NCBI GenBank assembly: GCA_037129895.1
Contig: JBAXUB010000002.1
Coordinates: 463 to 64,462, forward strand
DNA from: Candidatus Tayloriibacteriota bacterium
GTDB lineage: Bacteria; Patescibacteriota; Minisyncoccia; Phycocordibacterales; PALSA-1337
Direction of reading: 5' to 3'
DNA: 64,000 nt
Both the position numbers and the translations under genes were made by a program. Position 1 is the first letter of the stretch. Each line of letters opens with the position of its first letter. Under the pieces are notes generated by a model that had not been told where the DNA came from, did no database searches, and worked only from the letters and a program-made list of their open reading frames with translations. This document shows, piece by piece, positions 30,114 through 39,483 of the stretch.

Positions 30114-31037
30114 ATGGGTCGTCTATTCTTCTATACATTGGTGATACTCACGCTCGGTGGCATCATCTGGTTCAATCAAGATAGTCTGATACAAGTACTG
30201 GGTCTCAACCCCGCACCATGTTCTAGACCGATATTGTATTCCATTGGAGATTTCGATAGCAATTTCAATATGAGTGAAGCCAAATTCATAGCTGATATAG
30301 CAAATTCCTCCAACGTCTGGAATGATGCTCTAGGTAAAACCCTTCTCAAGTATGACCCAAAAGGATCACTAAAGATCAATCTTATATACGATTATAGACA
30401 GCAGGCAACGACCAAACAAGCAGAGATCAGTTCAGTTATTTCTTCAAAGAAGGCGTCATATGATGCAATGAAGCAAAAGTATGAATCTCTATCTGCTCAA
30501 TATAGTATAGACAAATCAGCTCTACAGAAAAGTATTGACAGCTACAATCAATCGATGGCAGCCTACAATCAGAGTATGCAGAATTCGAGTGTGTACCGAA
30601 GTTCATCTGGTATGGAGGTCGATCAGTTGCGATCAACTAGATCTGAACTTGAATCCAGAGCACTTATAATCGAACAGAATCGAGCAAAATTCAACGCATT
30701 GGTCGAGACCTTGAACAACGCTGCAACGCAATTGAATAATCTGGCAAAAAGTCTGAATATTGATGTCACGACTTATAACAATGTGGGCCGATTGTCTGGA
30801 GAAGTATTCAATGAAGGAGAATACATCGAGGACGTCAGTGGCAAACGCATCAATATCTATGAATTTAAGAACGAGAGCAAATTGATACGCGTTTTGGAAC
30901 ACGAACTGGGACATGCTATAGGAATACTGCATGTCGATGACCCAGAAGCTATCATGTACTATATGAATGAGGGCTCAAGTAATACTCTTACTGAAAATGA
31001 CATATCTGAGCTCAAGAATGTCTGTGGTATAAGATAG
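30114..31037 (+). CDS. Membrane-anchored metzincin-type zinc metalloprotease with a coiled-coil/Q-rich linker.
   Basis: HELGHAIGILH (HExxHxxGxxH) followed by a Met-turn-like AIMYY. Confidence 0.6.
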   Translation: MGRLFFYTLVILTLGGIIWFNQDSLIQVLGLNPAPCSRPILYSIGDFDSNFNMSEAKFIADIANSSNVWNDALGKTLLKYDPKGSLKINLIYDYRQQATTKQAEISSVISSKKASYDAMKQKYESLSAQYSIDKSALQKSIDSYNQSMAAYNQSMQNSSVYRSSSGMEVDQLRSTRSELESRALIIEQNRAKFNALVETLNNAATQLNNLAKSLNIDVTTYNNVGRLSGEVFNEGEYIEDVSGKRINIYEFKNESKLIRVLEHELGHAIGILHVDDPEAIMYYMNEGSSNTLTENDISELKNVCGIR

Positions 31038-31136
31038 CCCCTTATCAAAGAGGCCATAGTATGGTATAGTGTTACACAGGAATGTTCTTCGCCAATTTCT
31101 CACAGTTATGTGCCGAAATGAAATAATGGAAGATAT

Positions 31137-31367
31137 TTGAAAATACGTAAGTTTATGTACAAAACAAGTGAACACACCTGGCGTCAAAAGAGATACGCCA
31201 GGATCAGAGTCAGAATGTTTGGCTACGAAACTATTGACGGAAATACCGGCAATGGTATCGGCGAATATATGTCTATTGATAATTCGAGGATTACGACTGG
31301 CTTCATCAATGATGCTCTATCACTACCCTCGGCAAGCAGTTATATCAGTACGCTTCATAATAACTAA
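31137..31367 (+). CDS. Possible small basic protein (76 aa), weakly supported.
   Basis: ORF track only. A terminator at 31476-31512 ends this transcribed region. Confidence 0.2.
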   Translation: MKIRKFMYKTSEHTWRQKRYARIRVRMFGYETIDGNTGNGIGEYMSIDNSRITTGFINDALSLPSASSYISTLHNN

Positions 31368-31475
31368 CACGCTCACAGTTGTGAGAGAATGAATAAATGG
31401 CCTGAGTTATCACTCAGGGTTGAGAACACATAACTGCAATATCAAAAAACAGTAATGAACTCAAAAGTTACCAGA

Positions 31476-31512
31476 AACCGCTAGATTCGAAAGATATAGC
31501 GGTTTTCTCTTA
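31476..31512 (+). terminator. Terminator: AACCGCTA...TAGCGGTT followed by TTCTCTT.
   Basis: Seen directly in sequence. Confidence 0.55.
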
Positions 31513-31525
31513 TCCACTTTTTGTA

Positions 31526-31560
31526 TTGACACAAAATATTGAATGTCAGATAATTATCTG
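31526..31560 (+). promoter_or_regulatory. Consensus promoter TTGACA-N17-GATAAT, with the 14-bp perfect palindrome CAGATAATTATCTG (31547-31560) overlapping the -10.
   Basis: Seen directly in sequence. Confidence 0.6.
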
Positions 31561-31603
31561 GACGGTTCTTTACTAACACCACTAACGAGAGAAAGGTATT
31601 GAA

Positions 31604-31852
31604 GTGCGTAACACAATCATACAGTTCGACATGGGCCTTTTCATGCAGAGACAGTATGTCGAAGCATTGACTTGCCCTGTGAATCGGCATTGCACCCGAG
31701 AGGAGCGCAATTGCGACGACTGGGAACTATTCAAGAATCCCGGTTGGCTTCTCAAACACTTTATCGAAAACGGTGGCGCAGTAGAATTCGCTAAACGTCG
31801 AGCTGAGTTCTGCCGCGAAATCGAGGTTTTCGAAATCGAGTTTGAAATCTAG
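31604..31852 (+). CDS. Small Cys-containing protein (82 aa, GTG start, SD-like AGAAAGG). GC-rich. A terminator follows at 31874-31914.
   Basis: ORF plus promoter and terminator context. Four Cys residues: CPVNRHC...C. Confidence 0.4.
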   Translation: MRNTIIQFDMGLFMQRQYVEALTCPVNRHCTREERNCDDWELFKNPGWLLKHFIENGGAVEFAKRRAEFCREIEVFEIEFEI

Positions 31853-31976
31853 GTGATGCTACGCATCAAACACGGCCCCCACACACAGATAATCGGTCAA
31901 AATGGGGGCCTTTTCGTGCTACAATAGGATCATTAGTAAAACTTTTATTAATAAATCTCATTAAAATATTATATAT

Positions 31977-32372
31977 ATGAAAGGATACATAACAAATATT
32001 GAGAAGGCTTCTTTAGAAAATGAAAACTTTAGAAAAGTCCTATACACTGACAAAAATAGTCAACTCGTACTCATGTCTCTACTGTCTGGCGAAGATATTG
32101 GTGAAGAGGTTCATGATGTCGACCAATTCCTGCGTGTAGAAAAAGGTAGCGGCAAAGCGATATTGAATGACGTTCCTCAAATGATTGAAGATGGTAGTGT
32201 CATCGTTGTGCCAGCTGGAACAAAACACAATATCATTAACGACGCGACCGGTTCGATGAAGTTATATACTTTGTACATGCCACCACATCACAGGGATGGT
32301 GTTATTCATGCTACAAAAGCTGAGGGCGAAGCTGACAAGACTGACGAGTTCGATGGAAAGACTACAGAATAG
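31977..32372 (+). CDS. Cupin-domain protein.
   Basis: GEEVHDVDQFLRVEKGSG...VVPAGTKHNI cupin motifs. Confidence 0.55.
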   Translation: MKGYITNIEKASLENENFRKVLYTDKNSQLVLMSLLSGEDIGEEVHDVDQFLRVEKGSGKAILNDVPQMIEDGSVIVVPAGTKHNIINDATGSMKLYTLYMPPHHRDGVIHATKAEGEADKTDEFDGKTTE

Positions 32373-32421
32373 CTGAGATTGACTCTTGAACTATCACTGA
32401 ACGATCAGACTTTTCATATAA

Positions 32422-33756
32422 TCAAACCTGTCCCAAAAACGGTATACCAATTCTTTTGCGTTTTGTCTCACCTTTCAAGAGTTTTGACCTTCTCTCTGAC
32501 TCCTCACCACGAGAACCACGATGCGCCCCGTCATTCATGGCTCTGAAGCTAGACCCGAGAAAAACACTATGTTTCCCATATCTTTGGTCGATATGATCAA
32601 CTGCTTCGTGTATCTTTTGTACATGATCTAGTATCTCTGAATGTCCGAACATGTCTATTGTAGAGATATTCTCATGCGAAAGTTCCATCAACGTCACTCC
32701 TGTCGCACGGTATTGGATACCAGTACGATATATAGTATTCCAAACTTCTCTTATGGTTTCGATGATCTTCTCTGGTATACAGACAGTCTGTGATAACTTG
32801 AGCTCTAGTGCATGATATCGAAAATCCTGAGTCTTTAGAAAGAATGTAAAACGCTTTGTATATAGATGATGGCGGCGAAGTTTGATGCATGCATTTTCTA
32901 CATTTTTAGAAAGCTGAGAGAATATGAAACTCTTGTCCATTGACGGTGGTGTGAACGTCTTTGTCTTACTGATAGATGCATAATCATGTTTCTCGCCGAG
33001 AACCAGAGGATATACGAACTTGCCATTCAATTCTGCATGAATCTCCTGAAATGGTTTTGATAGATGGAGTTTAACCCATTCAGAAGTTTTCGTAGCAAAG
33101 TCGAGGCTCGTGACTATGCCCTGCTTATGGAGATAACTCTCCGTGTTTGGACCGATACCCCAGATCTTACCTACAGGCCATTTCGATAGATATAGGTGGA
33201 GATTATATCCAGGAATGATAGTGAGCCCTGATGGCTTCTTCCACTTCGAACCGATCTTCGCTGTAACTTTATTGACAGAAAGACCTATAGAAAATGTCAT
33301 GCCGAGTTCAGTATCCAAGTCGTGTTTTATCTTCATTGCCATCTCCTCATAGGACATATTGTTAGGTCTCCGCATACCAGTTAGATCAGCGAAGCATTCA
33401 TCGATACTGTATTCCTCTATATCATTGGTATACCTGCGGACAATCTCATACATCCGTTGTGAATATAGACTGTAAGTTTCATAATCTGATGGTAATATGA
33501 TGACATCTGGACAGAGCTTCCGAATATCTGAAAGTCGCATGGCTCGAGTGACACCACGCGCCTTTGCTTCATATGACATCGATGAAGCTATACCACGCTC
33601 TCTACCCGTAACTACTGGTTTACCTCGTAATGCTGGATTCTTTGCCACTTCGCATGATGCGAAAAATGAATCACCATCTACATGGAGTATCGCGCGCGGA
33701 AAAGAGTGGTGAGTGAGGATTTGCAAGGGAGAATTAGGAATTAGGAATAGGAGCAA
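32422..33756 (-). CDS. dinB: Y-family DNA polymerase (DinB/UmuC-like). Catalytic residues are present.
   Basis: ILHVDGDSFFASCE and YSIDECFADLTG motifs. Confidence 0.85.
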   Translation of the reverse strand: MLLFLIPNSPLQILTHHSFPRAILHVDGDSFFASCEVAKNPALRGKPVVTGRERGIASSMSYEAKARGVTRAMRLSDIRKLCPDVIILPSDYETYSLYSQRMYEIVRRYTNDIEEYSIDECFADLTGMRRPNNMSYEEMAMKIKHDLDTELGMTFSIGLSVNKVTAKIGSKWKKPSGLTIIPGYNLHLYLSKWPVGKIWGIGPNTESYLHKQGIVTSLDFATKTSEWVKLHLSKPFQEIHAELNGKFVYPLVLGEKHDYASISKTKTFTPPSMDKSFIFSQLSKNVENACIKLRRHHLYTKRFTFFLKTQDFRYHALELKLSQTVCIPEKIIETIREVWNTIYRTGIQYRATGVTLMELSHENISTIDMFGHSEILDHVQKIHEAVDHIDQRYGKHSVFLGSSFRAMNDGAHRGSRGEESERRSKLLKGETKRKRIGIPFLGQV

Positions 33757-33883
33757 GAAAGAGGACGACTCATAGAGAAAGTATCAATGCGAATAAAACA
33801 CGCACACCTAAGATGTCATTAAAATTAGCATTTCCCCGCAACCAGCCGATTTGATTTACGACTATTATGATCAAACCTGGCAC

Positions 33884-34450
33884 TTATAAATACTTCCTGA
33901 TAACACCCTTCACGACTGCTGCTATCCTCAGATCATTCTCTGGATATATCGGACCAAAATTCTTGTTAGCCGGTTCTAACCAGACCTTACCATCAGTCTT
34001 TCTGTAGTATTTCATCGTCCAACCACCATCGACTTCGGCAATGACAATATTTCCAATCTTTGGCTCCTTGCCTCTCTCGACTATGACCAGATCACCCTCT
34101 TGTATACCCGCATCTATCATCGAGTCACCCTTTACCTCCAGCATGTATGTGGCTTCTTTACGTTCGATCATATAATCATCTATACTCATAGTATCTACCA
34201 ACTCCTCTTCTGCCGCAGTTGGAAAACCAGCTTCTACCAAACCTAGAACTGGAATCTCACCAAATAGTTTCTTCGGTACGAGCCTACCACTAGAATCCTT
34301 GTCTAACATGCCTTCGACTACTAGTTTATTGACTAGTTTGTAGACTGCGTTTTTCGACTTGAAACCTAGTAGCTTCATGATCTCTGCATAGCTAGGCATG
34401 CGTTTGGTGTCTCTGTAAAACTTTATTATTTTGTCTTTGTAATTATTCAT
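33884..34450 (-). CDS. lexA: LexA repressor.
   Basis: N-terminal wHTH. C-terminal S24 peptidase: VKGDSMIDAGI, Ala-Gly cleavage-site region VEAGFPT, and a Lys in RKTDGKVWLEP. Confidence 0.85.
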   Translation of the reverse strand: MNNYKDKIIKFYRDTKRMPSYAEIMKLLGFKSKNAVYKLVNKLVVEGMLDKDSSGRLVPKKLFGEIPVLGLVEAGFPTAAEEELVDTMSIDDYMIERKEATYMLEVKGDSMIDAGIQEGDLVIVERGKEPKIGNIVIAEVDGGWTMKYYRKTDGKVWLEPANKNFGPIYPENDLRIAAVVKGVIRKYL

Positions 34451-34469
34451 ATTATGCGAATCGGGGACT

Positions 34470-34715
34470 TTAAAACATAAACGTACTAACTAAACTGCTG
34501 AAGAAACTGACTTTACTAGGAGCGAGTCGAGCAAGTTGTGACCTCAAAGTCTTGTGTCGTAATGCCTGTCGGGCATAAGGAATACCTTTGATGATACATA
34601 GATCGATCTCGCGGTTGAGTCTACCTATCTCACTACGAATTGTTCTGATGGTTTGATACTTGCTCATGGATAAATTTATTAATTGATAATATTTTTCTCG
34701 CAACTCCTGCAACAT
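34470..34715 (-). CDS. Hypothetical 81-aa basic protein with a hydrophobic C-terminal tail. First ORF of the SOS transcript.
   Basis: ORF track. Lies about 40 nt downstream of the SOS-box promoter. Confidence 0.35.
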   Translation of the reverse strand: MLQELREKYYQLINLSMSKYQTIRTIRSEIGRLNREIDLCIIKGIPYARQALRHKTLRSQLARLAPSKVSFFSSLVSTFMF

Positions 34716-34753
34716 TAGCTCAATGCGTTTTCCTGCTTCTTTGTTGTATATAC

Positions 34754-34783
34754 ATTATAGGTGAACGGGTGTTCACCTGTCAA
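34754..34783 (-). promoter_or_regulatory. Minus-strand consensus promoter TTGACA-N18-TATAAT. The spacer consists of the 20-bp perfect palindrome AGGTGAAC-GGGT-GTTCACCT (34759-34778), a GAAC-N4-GTTC LexA/Cheo box.
   Basis: Reverse complement reads TTGACAggtgaacacccgttcaccTATAAT. Confidence 0.75.
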
Positions 34784-34971
34784 AGAATACCTGTGGATAA
34801 CTAAATATGTAACGCATCGTGGGCTATTTTCCCGTAGTGCGCCGAGAATGGGTAGCCAGCGATTAGCGCTCGCAGGCGACGGAGGGAAATTACCTCACTA
34901 TATGCTATCTATTAATAACCAAAATATAATTTACTATAGTGACACGACCCTTTCCAAAACATTCATTTTTG

Positions 34972-35073
34972 AAATCATGCCATAGCATGATTTTAGAAAA
35001 TTTGTCATTTTTAATATCATATTATAGCGGTAAAATTGAATCCAAATCTACAAATCATGCCACGGCATGATTT
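34972..35073. repeat. Two copies of a 22-bp hairpin-forming palindrome AAATCATGCC(AT/AC)GGCATGATTT at 34972-34993 and 35052-35073. Copy 1 is followed by TTTTAGAAAATTT.
   Basis: Seen directly in sequence. Located in a 430-bp gene-free interval. Confidence 0.6.
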
Positions 35074-35146
35074 AAAAATGGGCGGGTCTTAGGTCAGATA
35101 ACTCCTCACAACTACAGAAAAATGCGGAGCCAAAATATCAAAGAAG

Positions 35147-35821
35147 TCAAAACAAATCCGTAAACACCTCTGCATCCTTCACCCTCTTCAGCACCTGCGC
35201 TGGCTGTATATCATCAGTCAGATCCGCCTTCAGATTTTCTAGCGCTGCCCTTTTGGATTCACCATATACAAATGCATACGCGACATCGAGTTTCTCGATA
35301 GTCGCCAACGTAACAGTAAGTCTCTTGAAATTCCCAGCATCATATGAAACAACTGTACCCGGACTCGATACACCAACTGTTCTAGGTAGAACTCCAGCAA
35401 TATGTCCATCAGTTCCTATACCAAACTGTCCGATATGTACATCATTGGCACTCCATACATCTCTCATACTCATACCATATAGTTTTGTTGTCTCATCAAA
35501 TGATTTCCCGACCAAAACAGGTGACAAAGTGACCGCTTCAAAATCAAAACCCTTATCTTTGAGTCCGCGCCAATTGGCATCTGGATGATTGATAGACCCA
35601 TAACGCTCATCAGTAAGAGAAACTGTAACATTCCTCAATGTATATCGCTTCATCTCTTTATCTAGTTCACTTTTCATAATATTCAATACTTCTACTGATA
35701 TCGAAATATTCGATCCACCGCATACGAGCCACAAAACTTTCTTACCATCATTAATATATGACAGAATCTTATCTGCCAAACGCTTCGCACCTTCACCGCT
35801 ATTTATTTGATTGAATTTCAT
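35147..35821 (-). CDS. pgl: 6-phosphogluconolactonase (NagB/Pgl family).
   Basis: GIGTDGHIAGVLP (compare GMGEDGHTASLFP). LTDERYG. Confidence 0.65.
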   Translation of the reverse strand: MKFNQINSGEGAKRLADKILSYINDGKKVLWLVCGGSNISISVEVLNIMKSELDKEMKRYTLRNVTVSLTDERYGSINHPDANWRGLKDKGFDFEAVTLSPVLVGKSFDETTKLYGMSMRDVWSANDVHIGQFGIGTDGHIAGVLPRTVGVSSPGTVVSYDAGNFKRLTVTLATIEKLDVAYAFVYGESKRAALENLKADLTDDIQPAQVLKRVKDAEVFTDLF

Positions 35822-35823
35822 AG

Positions 35824-36762
35824 TTATTTCTTATGTACCGCATGCCCCCCAAACTGTTTTCTCATTAGTGCCACTATCTTATTGGAATATTTCTTCTGAT
35901 TTTTTGGATCTACAGATTCATTCCTCACTTTCAAAGCGTCTTCAATAACTCTTACGTCAACGCCCAACTCCTTACCAGTCTTCACGGTCCATTCGCCTTC
36001 ACCATTGGAATCAATCTTCCCTGAAGTATTGGCAATATCCTCAGTTTCGAATATATTCCTACATAAGTCTATGAGCCATGACCTTACCACAGATCCGTTC
36101 TGATAGACACGGGTAACATCGGCGAGATTCAGTTTGAACTTACTTGCATGCATGACCGCATAACCTTCAGCGATCGCTTCCATCATGCCGTACTCTATAC
36201 CATTATGTACCATCTTTACGAAATGCCCAGCTCCAGAACTGCCACAATATGCATAATTATCGCCCGCCGACAGAGCTCGTATATATGGCTCTATAGTCGA
36301 CCACTTGTCCTTCGGTCCACCAACCATCAATGCAAAGCCATTCTTTTCACCCCAAACTCCGCCACTAGTTCCACAGTCAAAATAGTGAATACCTTTCCTC
36401 TTCATCTTGGCGGCACGTCCAATAGTCAGTTTATAGAAAGAATTACCACCATCTATAACGATGTCCCCTTTCTTCAAATATTTTCCAAGTCCAGACTTAC
36501 CGAATAGAAACTCATCAACTATCGCATGTGGCAACATTATCCAAAATATTCTCTGCTTGTCATTCGCTGACCAACCGATAACTTCACTCAAATCACTAGA
36601 CGCCTGCAATTTAGTCTTCTTTGTTATTTCTTCAACAGGTCCTTCTGATCTATTCCAAGCTCTCACATCGAAACTCTCGGCATGCAATCTTCGAATGATC
36701 TGGCCCCCCATGCGACCCAATCCAAAGATTGTGATCGGTGTATTTGATTTCTTCATATTCAA
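35824..36762 (-). CDS. gnd: 6-phosphogluconate dehydrogenase, short (YqeC/GntZ-like) form.
   Basis: ITIFGLGRMGGQIIRRL Rossmann motif. 6PGD-like body. Confidence 0.75.
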   Translation of the reverse strand: MNMKKSNTPITIFGLGRMGGQIIRRLHAESFDVRAWNRSEGPVEEITKKTKLQASSDLSEVIGWSANDKQRIFWIMLPHAIVDEFLFGKSGLGKYLKKGDIVIDGGNSFYKLTIGRAAKMKRKGIHYFDCGTSGGVWGEKNGFALMVGGPKDKWSTIEPYIRALSAGDNYAYCGSSGAGHFVKMVHNGIEYGMMEAIAEGYAVMHASKFKLNLADVTRVYQNGSVVRSWLIDLCRNIFETEDIANTSGKIDSNGEGEWTVKTGKELGVDVRVIEDALKVRNESVDPKNQKKYSNKIVALMRKQFGGHAVHKK

Positions 36763-37952
36763 TTTGAGTTAGTATTCAGATTATTATTTATTAAATTTTG
36801 CGCGAAATCCATACTCTTCACACTGAAAAGACCCTTTATTCCCCACCACCCTGTGAACAAGACAATATTATTCAAAACAAACAATTCATTGAGTTGAATA
36901 TCCTGTCCGACATAGTATCTCTTTATACTAGAAATATCCATATTTTTGAATATATCATAATTACCATCCTGTGCTGCATTGTATAGATCATTGTCATAGA
37001 TATACAATCCAAAAGATTTACCAGGTAAAGCAAATTCTTTAGCGGTCATATCATCAGTCTTTACACGAATAGCTATTGGTTTTTTCTCACAGCCTAGATA
37101 GACGTAACCGCCATTTTCATTAACCCTTTGAAACGGCATATCATCCGTCATCGAACAACCTGGAAAATTTAATATACCGAGTGATGATAGATCACTGGCA
37201 TTAACTTTTTCGAATAGATCGGCTTCACCGCCACCGAAATACAATTCCGTCGATGAACTATATATACCAATATTGGCAGAGTGACCATTTGATATATGCC
37301 CGGCTTCACTCACGACAAAAGGAGTGCCATATATACCAACTTTGAATATCTTCGCTGGATTCGTATATGTAATACCATAGATGTATTCACCATCAGTCGT
37401 TATTGCCGGCTTTTGTCCAATATTGATAGATGTTGTACTGATCACAGTCGAAATGAAATACGTAGTTGGATCAATCCTGTATATATCCAACGATCCTCGG
37501 TCAGAAAGTGTGAAGTATATAGCACGATGTTTCTCATCATATACCATAGAGCCTATATCACCTTTTCTCGGTATAGAAATAATTCGGAATTCTTTGAGAT
37601 TGTTCGGATTGGTAAATACAAAAAGCTGATTGGTCGCAAAACTATTCCCACTACTTGCAGCCATACCGATGAATATCTTACCATCCACAATGACCGAGCC
37701 ATGGGCATACGCGAAAACTTCAGGTGATCTTTCAGAGATCTGTACTGAAGTACTAGGGACTTTTGGTGCGGCTGCTCTATATGGGACGGACTTCTTCTCT
37801 GGCATATGTGGACCATATGGAGTCGTCGAATTGATGAGCTGAACAGGTTTATGATCTGTATAAGCGACCAAAAAGATAATGATAGCTGTAATAAACAGAA
37901 AAGGTACGACTATTTCTAGGGCCTTCTTCAAAGTACCTATATTATAACGCAA
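36759..37952 (-). CDS. Membrane-anchored beta-propeller-like hypothetical protein.
   Basis: N-terminal TM helix. Repeated YxGxxxxxIY-like blades. Confidence 0.45.
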   Translation of the reverse strand: MRYNIGTLKKALEIVVPFLFITAIIIFLVAYTDHKPVQLINSTTPYGPHMPEKKSVPYRAAAPKVPSTSVQISERSPEVFAYAHGSVIVDGKIFIGMAASSGNSFATNQLFVFTNPNNLKEFRIISIPRKGDIGSMVYDEKHRAIYFTLSDRGSLDIYRIDPTTYFISTVISTTSINIGQKPAITTDGEYIYGITYTNPAKIFKVGIYGTPFVVSEAGHISNGHSANIGIYSSSTELYFGGGEADLFEKVNASDLSSLGILNFPGCSMTDDMPFQRVNENGGYVYLGCEKKPIAIRVKTDDMTAKEFALPGKSFGLYIYDNDLYNAAQDGNYDIFKNMDISSIKRYYVGQDIQLNELFVLNNIVLFTGWWGIKGLFSVKSMDFAQNLINNNLNTNSN

Positions 37953-37953
37953 T

Positions 37954-39231
37954 TTATAGAAAAGTCAGAGCTTTTCCTTTCTTATCGCCTCTACCAGTTC
38001 TACCGATTCGGTGAACGTAGTCATCATAAGTAGCTGGGATATCGAAGTTGATAACGTGAGTAACGTCAGGGATATCTAGTCCACGTGCAGCAACGTCTGT
38101 TGCGACTAGGACCTGGACTGTACCTTCTTTGAATGAACGCAGTGCTTGCTGACGCTTGCCGTGATTCTTGTTACCGTGTATTGACTCAACCTTCAGACCT
38201 TTCTGTAACAACATTTGAGACAGCTTCTCAACACCGTGTTTGGTACGTCCGAATATGAGAACTCTACTGAAATCCTTTTGACTGAGCAAATCATGTAATA
38301 CATCAAATTTGTTCTTACCGAGCGCAACTTTCACTACGTCTTGATCAACGTTTTTCGATGTATCACCAGTTTTGACTGAAATCCTAACAGGCTCTTTCAA
38401 GAACTCTTTGATAAGTCTCTCGACTTCACTTGTGATAGTAGCTGAGAAAAATAGTGTATGTCTGTCCTTTGGCATGAGTGACATAACGAAACGCATATCT
38501 GCTACGAATCCCATGTCGAGCATTCTGTCAGCTTCATCTAGAACTATAGTCTTGAAATTGACGGGCTTCAGGATCTTGCGATCGATGAGATCCTTCAAAC
38601 GTCCAGGAGTACCGATAACGAAGTTATTGTGATATTTGAGAGCTCCAATCTGTTTACCGATGGACATACCACCGACGCAACAGACTGAAAACATCTTCAT
38701 GCCTTTTGCGAAAGCCTTGAATTCTGTGTCTATCTGTATAGCGAGCTCACGAGTTGGTACGATGATGAGCACCTGCTCCTTTGTAGGATTCTGTAATACT
38801 TTATTGATGAGAGGAATGAGGAATGCTGCCGTCTTGCCTGTACCCGTATTGGCTATACCTACTAGATCCTGACCTTTCAATATATGGGGAATAGACTTGT
38901 CTTGAATAGGTGTTGGCGTCGCATATCCTTTCGCAATAACACTAGCTTTCAATCTCGCATCTATAGCGAAATCATCGAACTTATGTTCAGGAACAAAATG
39001 TTCGACTTCCTCCGTTATAACCGCCTTATTAACGAATTTTGAAGGATGAATGAATTGTCCAACCATCGGTCCACGTGAGAAATTCCTCGGAGCACCTCCG
39101 CGACCTCCTCCGCCTCTACTACCGCCTCCACCCCCAGGACGAAAACCACCTGATCTTGCACCAGGGCTGAATGTTAGCGGAGCGCTACCTGACGGCCTAG
39201 ATGGTCGTCTATTGAATCTATTTGTATGCAT
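37954..39231 (-). CDS. DEAD-box ATP-dependent RNA helicase with an N-terminal Gly/Arg-rich tail.
   Basis: Q-motif, GTGKT, DEAD, SAT and HRIGRTGR motifs. Confidence 0.9.
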   Translation of the reverse strand: MHTNRFNRRPSRPSGSAPLTFSPGARSGGFRPGGGGGSRGGGGRGGAPRNFSRGPMVGQFIHPSKFVNKAVITEEVEHFVPEHKFDDFAIDARLKASVIAKGYATPTPIQDKSIPHILKGQDLVGIANTGTGKTAAFLIPLINKVLQNPTKEQVLIIVPTRELAIQIDTEFKAFAKGMKMFSVCCVGGMSIGKQIGALKYHNNFVIGTPGRLKDLIDRKILKPVNFKTIVLDEADRMLDMGFVADMRFVMSLMPKDRHTLFFSATITSEVERLIKEFLKEPVRISVKTGDTSKNVDQDVVKVALGKNKFDVLHDLLSQKDFSRVLIFGRTKHGVEKLSQMLLQKGLKVESIHGNKNHGKRQQALRSFKEGTVQVLVATDVAARGLDIPDVTHVINFDIPATYDDYVHRIGRTGRGDKKGKALTFL

Positions 39232-39368
39232 TATTTTTTCTAAAGGCGCTAGATTCGATGTGTTATATATAAGAGAAACTACCGTATTTAGTTGGTACTA
39301 TCATATACTAAATGCCTCGTTTTGTCAACCACACGCATCAACTCAACGTACATAACGACGCATTACTA

Positions 39369-39397
39369 TTGACAACTTCTCACTTAAATTCTATTAT
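39369..39397 (+). promoter_or_regulatory. Promoter TTGACA-N17-TATTAT for 39484..39927.
   Basis: Seen directly in sequence. SD AAAGGA lies 7 nt before the ATG. Confidence 0.5.
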
Positions 39398-39483
39398 AAT
39401 CTTTAGCTAGAACATTCAAATCATCGTTGAGTATTTGGCTATTTGGACGGTAAATTTGACAACCAATAAACAAAAAGGATCAT

